Part shown: in pieces, positions 52,201 through 64,000 of the stretch | Layout of the letters: each line of letters starts with the position of its first letter | Numbering within the stretch: the first letter of the stretch is position 1 | Assembly: GCF_963676685.1 (NCBI RefSeq) | Contig: NC_092350.1 | Location: 75,950,001-76,014,000 of the forward strand | Reading direction: 5' to 3' | Origin: Mytilus edulis | Taxonomy: Eukaryota | DNA length: 64,000 nt | Notes under the pieces: generated by a model | Database searches by the model: none | Seen by the model: the letters and a program-made list of their open reading frames with translations, nothing else | What the model was told of the DNA's origin: nothing | Program-made: the position numbers and the translations under genes

Positions 52201-54693
52201 AAGAAGTTTGGCCTATTTAACTTGTTACTGAATACATGTATGAAAATTAGTGTTTATCATCCCGATACAAGGTTCGAAATAATAAGTTAGGGTTCTACAT
52301 TGACCTTTATAATAGTACTATGCGAACGATGCTAAATAAGATTTTTTAAACTGAGAATGGAAATGGGGAATGTGTCAAGAATGGAAATGAGGAATGTGTC
52401 ATAGAGACAACAACCCGACCATAGAACAGACAACAGCAGAAGTTCACCAATAAGTCTTCAATGCAGCGAGAAACTCCCGCACCTGGAGGCGTCCTTCAGC
52501 TGGTCCCTAAACAAATATATTATATATATACTAGTTCAGTGATAATGCACGTCATACTAAACTCCAAATTACGTATATACACAAGAAATCATACAAGACA
52601 AACAAAGGCCAGAGGCTCCTGGCTTGGGACAGGTTTGCAACTTTACCAGACCGCCTGTTAATTTAGGCGCGTAGCTACGTTTACGTCAAAACGCCCGGGC
52701 GTACACTTGAATTTTGGTAAAAAAAAATATTTTAATCTCAATAAACTAAAAAGAACTGGTTAAAATTATAAAAGCCTTGTAAATTCATCAATGGCTTGTA
52801 TAATTGCGAATAAAAGTGACGAAATTTACTTTTCAATCAAAAGGTATCGTATTATACATTTGTCCATCTGCTTTCAAAGTCTGAATGCACTGTGAATTGT
52901 ACTTACTTTTCCTTTGTTTAAAGCTACTCATTATCTGTTGAGATTTGCATTTTTGACGAGCCTGCAACATTTCAGTCGCGAAAGCGAGACAAAGCGATCC
53001 TAGATTCCGTTGGCGGCGTCAACATTTAGGTTCAGCATGTTGTGAAGTTTTTTTCAGATATCAATAACTTTGTCAAACATTCATGGATTTTTACGAAAGT
53101 TGGACATATATTGAATTTTCTCGTATTTACTGATAAAAGGAAATTGTTTTTGCAGTTATATAACAAGTAGATAAAGTCTGGGGTTAGTTTGTTACACATC
53201 AATTAATTTGTCAAACCTTCATCGAATTTTATTAGACTTTAGCAGAAGCTTTTTTATGATTAATGTCTGAAGCAAATTTTTATAAGAATTTTGTTTTCAT
53301 TTTTCAGTTGATGGACTTATTTTTTCGCGATTAACAGACGGTCTGGTAAATTTGTAAACCTTCATAGATTGTCATGAAACTTTGGCAGAAGAAGATCAAG
53401 AAAAAATATCTAAGGAAAATGTTTATTTTTTTTAAATCCTGTAATGGACTGATAAATAGATTTTTTTTGCGGGAAGTTGTCCTAGACGAGAACCAGAATT
53501 CCACGGAAACCTTTGCGAATTTTCATAATTCACCTGAAATCTATTAAAGTTAATTATTTCATGTCCACTAAAAAAATTTGCACATAAAAAGAGGTCTTGG
53601 TTGAGTGATTGCTTTACCCCATGGCTCCTTTCAAACATATTTTAAAGTAACTGGTTTGGTCATTTTCTCTGAAACCAATAACCTTTTATATCTCAAATCA
53701 ACAAAATGAATAAATTAAACACAAAAGATAAACAAATTAGACTCTAAGTATGTTGCTATTGATGAGTTTTCAATTACATAAATGGTATCCTATTCTTGAT
53801 AACTCGTTAACTTCAGGGGGCTTCGCCCCTCGAACCCAATACCAACAGAACAGGTTGATATTTCAAAGTATCAATATTGTTGCGAACAGGCAACAATGAA
53901 TGGTTCAACCAATTTTAACAAAAATTTAAAATTTTTGGTAAAACTATGAAATCTATGCTAAACCTATGATTGTTTACATATTACACATTGTGACTTCGAT
54001 GGAGAGTGTCTCATTGGCACTCATATAACATTTTCTTACTTATATAAACGATTTTTAAGGTTTACCCTTCAGTTATCACACCTTATTTGAATCGTAGTTG
54101 TTTTCTCCTTAAAAAAAAAACTTTGAGCGACTTACGAAGAGACTAAGGATTTAACTATAAAGTCTTTATTTAAACTGACAATGGGTACATGTACCTCGTA
54201 TCAACGAATCCGGTAACTGCTTTTTCTCACCTACGATTTTTGTTTAGATAGAAAAAAAAGCGAAAATTTAAAAGATCTTGATTTCTTATCAATTTTTTAA
54301 TCATAAAGAATCACAGCTCAATAACAATTGACCTCATTACACTAAATACTTCATACTAAAGTATATTCACATCCTATAATGCTTGTAATTTACTTTATTT
54401 ATTTGTGTATTGTGTATTTTCACTAAGAAAACAAATAATAATCATTGCCTGATATTTATGTATCGTGCCTGACAAGAGCCCATGATTGGTAAACATGGTA
54501 AATAAAATGTCTCATGTAAATGTACGACATCTATAGCTAGTTATACCAAGAAACGTTGACAAAGAACCATCATTACACATGTTACAAAAACTAAACCACA
54601 AAACACACTATTTTTCCGATACGTAGATATTTCAGTGTCAATAAAATAGAAATCCTCGTTTTACATATTTTCCTTACCTTGCCCTTTTTCCAT
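46205..54693 (-). CDS. CD225/dispanin (IFITM/PRRT1-like) proline-rich transmembrane protein; exons 54693-54678, 51302-51043, 47886-47761, 46369-46205; 188 aa
   Basis: GT-AG exons join in frame: MEKGQ|[10 protein letters not shown]...(QGYGQP)n...QQSTVI|[42 protein letters not shown]|[54 protein letters not shown]. The CFWP-G and GD..A motifs are the CD225 signature. Confidence 0.9.
48001..48120. repeat. Perfect 3 x 40-bp tandem repeat, each unit a stem-loop
   Basis: Unit attaatcgTTTTGGGAggcatggtccccgTCCCAAAAaca. Confidence 0.95.
49979..50097. repeat. 40-bp inverted repeat (1 mismatch, 39-bp loop), probably part of a non-autonomous element spanning ~49640-50680
   Basis: gttacatagtgtgctagtgacctaatacggtatatatggg / cccatatataccgtattacgtcactagcacactatgtaac. 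Confidence 0.75.
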
Positions 54694-54766
54694 CTGATCA
54701 AATCAAAGATTTTTTTTCTAAATGGTTATAAATATATGATACATGATGAGGATTGTTATTGATAAA

Positions 54767-54801
54767 TTTATAACTGTGTCACGTGAAATTTTTATGACGC
54801 A
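54767..54801 (-). promoter_or_regulatory. Putative proximal promoter of the CD225 gene: TATA, E-box and CRE-like site
   Basis: Minus-strand TATAAA (54772-54767), GTCACGTG (54778-54785) and ATGACGCA (54794-54801), 75-110 bp upstream of the ATG. Confidence 0.45.
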
Positions 54802-57800
54802 CGCACACAATCTTAAGCGGATACATTTCAAAATAGTACAACCATGTTTGAAATATAACTGTATCATGTGCATTTTAAACAAAGATAAATAATAAATAAT
54901 AAATATTCAAGTTATAATAAAGATTAAATAATCCATCTGATTACTGTAACAGGTTATAATTTGAAAATCGACTTTAGAACATGTTGTAGTCAAAAAATTA
55001 TTTAATTTGACATAGAATGAAAGACAGTGATTGATGAAGCTGACTGTATAGTAGCTTTCGAAAAAAAATTCTGGGATATGTACTGTATTATCATATGAGG
55101 TTCTGTCGTATTCAATACATATGTTTGATTAACAAGGTTTCTAAGTCTCTGCATGTGGTCTCATAATTGCATGATCGCTTCGATTGCAGATATCTAGAAC
55201 CTAGTCGAGCGTCTGCATCGAGTGGTGAAGGTTCTGTCAATTCCTAACTTGGTGTAACAAAACGTCGAATGTTTCTGTTACCTCCCAACCAACCAATCAA
55301 GATCAACGTGTCCAATTGAATGCATACATGTATTATGCAAGTCGCTAACAAGTTATTTTCATTATTTTGAAAATGTATATAACACAGAAAAGAGATGAAT
55401 GAATACATGGACGCTACATGTAATGTATTGAAAACATTGTATATAAAAAATATATCAATTCACCTTCAAAGGAGTAGGCGACACTGTGGGGGAAATTATC
55501 AACTTAAATCAATGGTATATGAGCAGTCCTACATTTGATAAATTTTAATATTAAATCTTGATATCAATGTGTAAACATGTACATTTGTACCTTTAAAAGT
55601 GGTATGAACATAAAAACATGTGGAGATAAAAACAGGTAAACTAAAATATGATGACATTTAATTTCTCATTTTCCAAGACCCTTTTGTAAGAAATGGTTAT
55701 GTATAGACTTGCTGACACACAATCAACTGCATTTTTTTTTAAATAATATAAAACCATAAACATTCAATTAATTAAAATAATGATTATTGATTAGAATTAA
55801 CCAGATCAGGACGAGTGTACCCGAAAGATAACTGTAGATTAAGGAATTTATGAGAGATTCTTTGTTTTGGAACCCCCCTTTTTTTTTGGCCGCTCAATGC
55901 ATTTGAATGGGGACATATAGTTGGACCCCCCCCCCTTTTTGTCCTGGGTTGGGAACCCCCCTTTTTAAAATGGCTGGATCCGCCCCTGCGTTATCCAGCT
56001 TGCTTTCAACTTTCAAGCGTAAAATTATAAGGAAGGAGGAAAAGACCAGTAAAAGAACAATAAACAGATAATCGGGTTTTCTTCGTATATGATCTCACCA
56101 AAATGATTCACATTGTTTGTGGCTCGCGGCTGATATTTTACGATATCAATTTTTAGAAACCCCGATTCCTATACGCCTCGCGTATGACGACTGTCACTAA
56201 TGTTTATCTCTGTACGTCAAATAAGCCTCGCAAGAGTTAGAAACCCCCTTTTAAAAATGGCTGTGACCGTCCCTTATGCTTACCGCCATCTGATCTTGAT
56301 TTATCGCTATCGACCAACACAACACCTTGCAGAACCTTCTTATTGATAATTTGTTCGTCCTAACTACACATTAATTTTGGCCAACTAAATAAGACTAAAC
56401 TCAAATATGCATTTTGCCGTTCAGACAGACTGGAGCCATCATTTAATCAAATTTGTAATTCAGTACAATACAATAATCTCATATACATATGCAAACATCA
56501 TATATATCACGGTAATAGTATAAAATTGAGAATGGAAATGGGGAATGTGTCAAAGAGACAACAACTCGACCAAATAAAAAAACAACAGCAGAGGGTCACC
56601 AACAGGTCTTCAATGTAGCGAGAAATTCCCGCACCCGGAGGCGTCCTTCAGCTGGCCCCTAAACAAATATATACTAGTCCAGTGATAATGAACGCCATAC
56701 TAATTTCCAAATTGTACACAAGAAACTAAAATTAAAATAATACAAGACTAACAAAGGCCAGAGGCTCCTGACTTGGGACAGGCGCAAAAATTCTATACTT
56801 AAGTAATTTAACACACAACTTTGTGAACCAAAAAATAAACTTCCGGCAACAATAGTAATAAATATCTATTAACTTTCAAGAACATTCTTAATGTTAAATA
56901 TCATATTATGAATACCCGTCATAAACGGACACTCGCCACCCAGGAAAAACCAACTTAAAAAGCTTGGAAACCTGCGTCACGGAGCATTGCAAGAACCGTT
57001 TCTGGGTAATGATGCCGTACTCCATGATCATGTTTACACACACTCTACATAAGGGCCTGGGTGGTGTTTACAGGATAGAAAATAACGAGCAAAACCTTGA
57101 CAGTAACGGGCAAAAAGTTAATTTAAAAGACCAGTGAATATATAGGCAAACTTAAAAGCTAAGAGAGAATAAGTTGGTGCTAAAATGTATAGAAAATAAT
57201 GGGAAACTAAATAAGGAATAGAGAAATTAATAGAGGAAATAATAAAGAAAAATGGGACCCCAATTGCAACCCAAACCCTAATACGTCGTCTAGGGTCTAT
57301 ATATATATATATATCACTTTACACTGGAGATTTAATTTACTCTACTAACTTAAAATTAACACCGTAAAAATTACAATCTACACAAATGAGCAGATATAAA
57401 TGTGTTTTTTATAATGCGCAGTTTTTCCTATTCAAATTACTGACCAAAAATATGACATAATTCTTTATTCTTTGATGAATGTTCAAATCCGTCACGTGTC
57501 TTACGTTTGCTTAAATCTTGAATTACATCTCAGTGTTGGGCTATGGTATTCTAGTTAAACTATATAGAAGTAGATTCCTCGATAGTCCCTTCACTTTAGA
57601 AGGTTAGACACATATGCATGTAAGATGAGACACGAAATTTTTATCTTGATTCAGAATGAATAAAATAACAACATCAGCTTTACGAAGCTTGACTGAATTA
57701 AAGTCATATTATTAACCGATCATTCACTGAAATATGAATGTAGAGAATAACCATTAAATAATGACAATGTAAGAATATTTAGTCGTCTACAAATATGCGT

Positions 57801-59169
57801 TACTATCATTAGATCTTAAAATTATTTTAAATAAGATAAAAGTAATATGTTGATTAGCATGATTAGGATCGCCAAGTTAAATTCACTCTTATATACTTAT
57901 TTGCGATACATTATTAGGGAATGATGGGGTTCCACAAAATGTGAATTTTAAAAAAAATTACAACAAATGACACGAAATTTCTAGAAATTATTGATGTGTT
58001 AACTAGACCAATGCAGTCACAAATCATTAACCTCAACAACAAAAATGTGTAAAAGGATATGAATGCATTTAAAGTAAATAGTGTATCATAACGACGACGC
58101 TGTGTGTAATATTTAAATTTTAAATTCAAAATATAACCAGCTACAAATGTATATATACAGTGGATAAATGACATTTCTTTTTCTGGTTTCAATTAAAAAC
58201 TGCGGTTTTATTAATGATATTCCAAATTGAATTCAAAGGAACATTTATGATATACATGTATTTGTCACTTCGGTTTAAAAAAAATAAGGCGAAAGGTACC
58301 AACATGATATTCTCAATGAGTTTGAGCCGAAAACCAACTGACAAATAATGCCATGACAAGAAACGTTAAACAATGAAAAGACAAACACAAATCCACGAAA
58401 CACGACCTAGCAAACCAAAGTCTTGGCAACCGGAAACCCATGAAATAACAAGTGTTGTGCATGATTGCTTGAAAATAAAAAAATTGAATTGTACATTTTA
58501 AATGTGGAACGATTTGATCAAATTTCTTTAAGTATTTAGATCAAGGCTTTATTATTCCGAGACACCCCCATCCCCGTAGTCATGGTTGCATTAGAAACCC
58601 TGAATATAATTGAAACTGAATATTATTGGTTTGACACAATATGAGATGCAACTCAGTCGTTAGTCGGGCTCATTTACTATTAATTGAAACTGCCCATTAT
58701 AACTGCATGAAAGAAGGTGGTAATGCATGGTCAGCTGCAAATAGAATATGGAACAAAAACGTGCTTGTTTGTTTTTTTTATCAATGATTTATCGTCCCTG
58801 ATGATATTTCTAACAGTAATTCAATTCTAATTAAAGTGGAAAACGTAATATAAAAACTTTTTTTTTAAATATCAAACTGCTGATAAAATATTATCCTCTT
58901 TTCTTCATTTTTGACTTCTGAAAATGAGAATTATCAGAGAAGTTTTATGATCAATCGTCAACATGAAGGCTGGTAAAAGAGGAACTGGACATTATTACCC
59001 TGACGGAGTACATGAGATCAACGCCAATGTTTTTGTAAGGTCTTATTTTGTAAAACCTCTAAGAATTCAACAACCTGTTAAAATATTCTTCAATTATTTC
59101 TGTCTAAATAAAAACAGAAAAAAATGCTTCTACATTACACTATGTAAGATTACTGATTTGGACTTTTTT

Positions 59170-59800
59170 TTTATCACCGATGTAAGTTATCTGGGGATAT
59201 GAACATACATGCAGATATCTATTTTAATTAATATCATTGTTAAACAAACAATAAGTCGTACAGGTCTATTACTTGTTACCCAGTCTTTATCTTCCTCGTC
59301 TGGCAGGTCAAAGCTTTCAAAACGTTTATCATAAAAGTATACACCCTTAACCTTTTCATATGGAGCATTCTTGGTGTATAAGTTTTTCAAAACAAATTCC
59401 TTGCAAAAGAGCATGCTAAAAGTCCGATCATCCTTTTTCATATAACGTGTTGTTTTCATTTTTCTCAGCAGTTTAAATAACAGAAAAAAAATTGCTTCTA
59501 CATATAATATTATACTTTGATGGATTTCTGATTTTGGCCTACAGTTTTTCCGATGTAAGTTATCTGGGGATATCATCGTAGATAAATATTTCAAATAATA
59601 TCAAGGATAAACAAACAGTTAAGTCGTACAGGTCTGTTACTTGTTACCCAGTCTTTAACTTCCTCGTCTGGCAGGTCGAAACTTTGAAAGAGTTATCATT
59701 TGCACACTTAACTCTTTACACACGCAGCATTCTTAGTGATTAAGACTTTCCTTGCAAAAGATCATGATAAAAAGGTTTGATGGTCCTTTTTCCCGTATTT
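59170..59800. repeat. Diverged tandem duplication (~370-bp period) of a coding-like segment
   Basis: ccgatgtaagttatctggggatat at 59177 and 59550; aagtcgtacaggtct..cttcctcgtctggcaggtc occurs twice. Confidence 0.8.
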
Positions 59801-61945
59801 CTTCGTCAACACACATTGCCCGGAAACAATCCTTTGTTCGACATTATTCTAAAATGTTGGTGAAGATATCAAGAACATAAATATTGCTCTCCCTTGCTAT
59901 ATTGATATGAAACCTAGATAAAGATAGTCAAATGATTATGTTATGCCAAGTTAGGGGCATTATGTTTTTGTTCTGTCTGTCCGTTCGTCCGTTGACGTTC
60001 GTCCCGCTTCAGGATATCGTTTTTGGTAAAGGTAGTTTTTATTGAAGTTGACATCCAATCAATTTGAAACTTGGAACACATGTTCCCTCTGATATAATCT
60101 TTCTAATTTATATGACAAATTAGAATGTAAAACAAGTTTAATTTAATTTTAAATTTATCAAAAAGGACCTAACGAAGGCTTTCATTCTGAAAATATTTTA
60201 GGTACTACGAATTGAAAGTTCCTTCATAACATAAGTTCATAATGATAGAAATGTTCTGTATTTTTGTTGCACTGGATCAAACTCCTTACGCAAAAGAACA
60301 TAGATTATGATATGTGTTCAAACAGGAACAATATGGTATTTTTTTTATAAAAAGTTTTCAATGTAACTTCTGTAAGGTAGAACAAATATATTTGACAGAG
60401 ATAGGTAAAGGAAGTAACTAAAAACTTGAACACACAAAATGTGTTTGACATTAGCGTGTGAAAATTTTTCCATAATATATATACGTAGCAGCGTAAAATA
60501 TAACTATATATATAGCCTTTTAAAGACTATATGACGATCAATATAATTATTAAATTACAAGATATAATGGGGCTATTATACATTCTCATTTTATTAACTA
60601 CAGTACACAATAACATTTTTTGCAATTTGTCAACCTGGTACAATTTGAATATAAACAAGAAAATCAATACCGGATTTCTGATACTACATGTACTAGGGGT
60701 GTGACCTCATTTAAGGATAAGCACTTCCTCCTTTCGATAGGTAAATACGTTTGAAGGGTTCGGTGAAATTTGTGGTATTTCCTTAATTCGTAGTTAAATT
60801 TTTCGAAAGAACATCCTTCTGAATAAAATTCTTTTATGTTCAATTAAAATGTCAACTCTTTCGGTATTTCCATGATAGTTAGCCTGAGAATATCCTATTA
60901 AAATCGTTTCGTTCTTAGAGTCAAAGTCAAAGAATTTACAGATATGAAATCGAAAATCTGGATTGCCACCAAACACAGAGCAACAATATCGTTGATTTTA
61001 ATCATGATATGTATATGAATTTTTATATTCAAGACAAAAGTATGTAAAACAAAATAATTAAAAGAATTCTATTTGTAACAGTTAACTTATTCAAATATGA
61101 CTGAGAATGTGCAAAGCTTACAGACAGTTATCAGTGTTAAAAAAAACATATAAATTAATGTTTTGAAATATAAAACATAATTATACATATACTGAATTAT
61201 AAGCTGCGTCGGATAGAATGAGAAATTCAATGTAAAAGTAAAATAGCCCCATTATATCTTTTAATTTATTAACAAACAACCAAAAGAACATAGCAAGCAA
61301 TTTGATCAAAGGTTTGCCTTGTATGCTTTTATATAAGAGCTGTAACAGATGTGTTGATATTGATATGCATAAAGTCGATTTCTATTTGACGCAGTTCAAT
61401 TAAACTGATAGCATGGCAAATATTGTCCTCGAATAAAATATTACAGCTAATCCTGCAATCTGGTTGTTTATGTGGACAGTGTATAGAAGACAAGAGCCGA
61501 TATACCCTCTAAACAAAACCGAATATCAAAATTGTGATTAATATTGAAATGTCGTTATTTTCTTTCTTTGTACAATGAAATCAATGTTGAATTACTGTTA
61601 TCTTGGTCAAAAAGGTCACGTATACCAGAGAATAAAAACAAATAATCCTTTTCGTTAATTTTCAGCACTGATTTGCCAATGACAATTAATTTATATGATA
61701 CACATGTATGTGTCAAATGTTAAAATATGTTGTTGTAAAACAAAAACTTGCAAAACTTGTTCGTGATTCTTTTAACAATAACGTTTTCTTTTTTTATCTT
61801 GTAAATTTGACATGGAGTGCGAAATATGAATGTGAAAATGACATCGATTTCTTTAAAAGATGTTGACAAACTAAAACAACAATCAGATGATTGAATTTCA
61901 TCAATAATCAATAAGATATATATTATGTTTTGTACATTGGCTTAC

Positions 61946-61961
61946 CTTGTCCTTTTTCCAT
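61946..61961 (-). CDS. Second (distal) copy of the first coding exon of the CD225 gene (MEKGQ + G)
   Basis: ATGGAAAAAGGACAAG|gtaagc versus ATGGAAAAAGGGCAAG|gtaagg at 54693-54678: same length, phase and peptide. Confidence 0.65.
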
Positions 61962-64000
61962 CTTTTATTTGTGAAAATATTTCAGAGACTGTTTATTTCA
62001 AAATAGTGTGTTTACCTGTGTAATATACTATCAGGTAAATACACTGACGTGCTCTGAAGATAACGGAATTGATTTGTGAGGAGCGTCAATAAGATATTAC
62101 AAATGTGTTTTAGAATATTGACAATAACAAAAAAATTTAAAGTATATTGACATATATATAACTGTTCATATATCCTGTTTCTTTTGAGGGTAAATTTAAG
62201 GTCATGAATTTCTCAATTTATTAATCAGTTGTGTCATCTTACATGCATGCGTATTTAAAATGAAATACAAAATCATGCATGTAAGATAAACTGATAAACG
62301 AAATATTAAGAAATTCAGTATTAATAAGTATGACTGAATGCATGTACTAGAAGGGTCCACCTTTTTATCAATACATTTAATGAATGAACGCGCTTTTAAA
62401 AACTGATTGTTTTCTCTGTAACTATTTAGATATTCACAAATATATAATCTACGTTCGAATTTCAACCGAGAATAGCAAAACAGTTAACTTATGAAATTGA
62501 TTAAGTATATCGCTGGAGTTCATAAAGTACATATCTTTCCACTGTGCCATAGTTTGCCATCTCTATTTTCCTCTAAACAAAGTATCATGGTTGGTTACAT
62601 GTTCTGAATTTACCTAGAATTTCGGGATTTTTTCTCAAAATTAAGTAAACTGAATTACAAAAAAAAATCACACTATTCTTAGTCGAATACCTAAAACTTG
62701 CGAAAGATATAAAAAGGCAGGATGAGCAACTTTGCAAAAAGGCCGAATAACGATTAATGTAAAAAAAACAAACTAAAAAGGCAGGACCAAATAGACTAAA
62801 AATAAAAAGACAGGACAGAGAATACAACTTAGTAAAAAGAACTAACTGTTTCATCAAAGTCCACCCTCCCATCAAAATAAAATGGTAGATCTCTTTATCC
62901 AGAAACAACTGAGAGGAGAAAGTTGAATTACATATTTCGATGTGAAACCTTCAGATTTTAAAGTTTAAAATTTTACTAGTGCAAAAAATTATAAATTCAA
63001 TGAATTTTACATGCTCATACATGTATCATTGAAAAGCTATAGAATTGCTATGGGATAATCAAGAACACCATTATGTACGTGAATACGACGATGGAGGTTA
63101 TAACAACCTTGGCCGGCTACGTGAATACTGATCAGTCCATTCAGGTTGCAGTCTTGAATGATTTTTTTCAAAATAAAAGTAACTTTATGCAGAAAAGAAG
63201 GAACTACCTAGATCTAATTGCATTTTTTTTCCATTTTAACCACATATGCCCATAAGAATATTCATATCCAAGACATGCCCACTAGGAAAATTTCCCTAAA
63301 AGTACTTTTCCCAAAACTGAAAAGTATGTATATATTTCCCTTTCATTTTTCACCATTTGTCTACAAGACGTCGCGTACGGTGTTGGTGTTAGTTTTAGTA
63401 ACGTTAGTTTGACGTTATGTTTCATGCATTGTATAAATAACGTCGTACTTTTTTCACAATAAAATTAATTTAATCAAATTTCCCAATTTTATAAACAAAA
63501 GGAAATTAAATCTCAACTATGAACAAGAAAACAGATGGGCGCAGATAATTTTAGCGAAAAACTAGTAGGGGACATTTTAGCGCAGACATTAGAGCCCATT
63601 TTAGCGCAGGATTAATCCGTTCAGCTGCATTTTCGATAGCCCATTTTAGCGAAAACTTTCCTAGTTGAATAATACTAAAACCACGAGCATTAATTTATGC
63701 TGGCTTAATATTAAAGTTGTATGTATATATTATGTTCACTTTGGTTCATCATGGAAATAAAATAATTCTATAGTTGTCGCTCATTTACGTTTTTCTTGGT
63801 ACTATCATCAAATTTCAAACAACAACATATATAAAAATACAATGTATGGACGAATATGCACGACAATCTAGCAGAGGTGGATTTAGGGGGGGGCAGGGGC
63901 CCATACCCCCTCTTTTTGGGAAAAAATTTGGTTGCTTATATAGGGAATCACTGAAGCGTGACTGGAGCGGGTCCCCTCTTAGGTCAGTCAATGGGCCCCC

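Overview
AT-rich eukaryotic (animal) genomic DNA. The repeat repertoire and intron style suggest a bivalve mollusc, probably Mytilus-like (inference). Spliced genes rebuilt by hand: (1) PXMP4, + strand, 4 exons, 4597-12071, 199 aa; (2) an intronless F-box/LRR pseudogene, - strand, 15750-16765; (3) a 4-exon, 176-aa secreted Cys-rich protein with dermatopontin-like Cys spacing but no DR motifs, present as two head-to-head copies encoding identical proteins (22704-26092 -, 38654-41816 +); (4) a 188-aa CD225/dispanin (PRRT1-like) gene, - strand, 46205-54693, with a second copy of its first coding exon at 61946-61961 and an orphan inverted copy of its last exon at 18194-18358. The dominant structure is a ~12-kb inverted duplication (arms ~17588-29470 and ~31282-47130, unique spacer ~1.8 kb). 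Its right arm carries, inside a (TA)n microsatellite that is empty in the left arm, a near-perfect 2 x 1.47-kb hairpin of a 5'-truncated Penelope-like (Neptune-type, GIY-YIG) retroelement. Each hairpin arm has a minimal variant-core hammerhead ribozyme motif, and a tRNA-derived repeat sits beside it. The rest is MITEs (several with readable TIRs and TSDs), Helitron-like dispersed repeats, LINE relics and minisatellites. All calls come from reading the sequence; no database searches were run.
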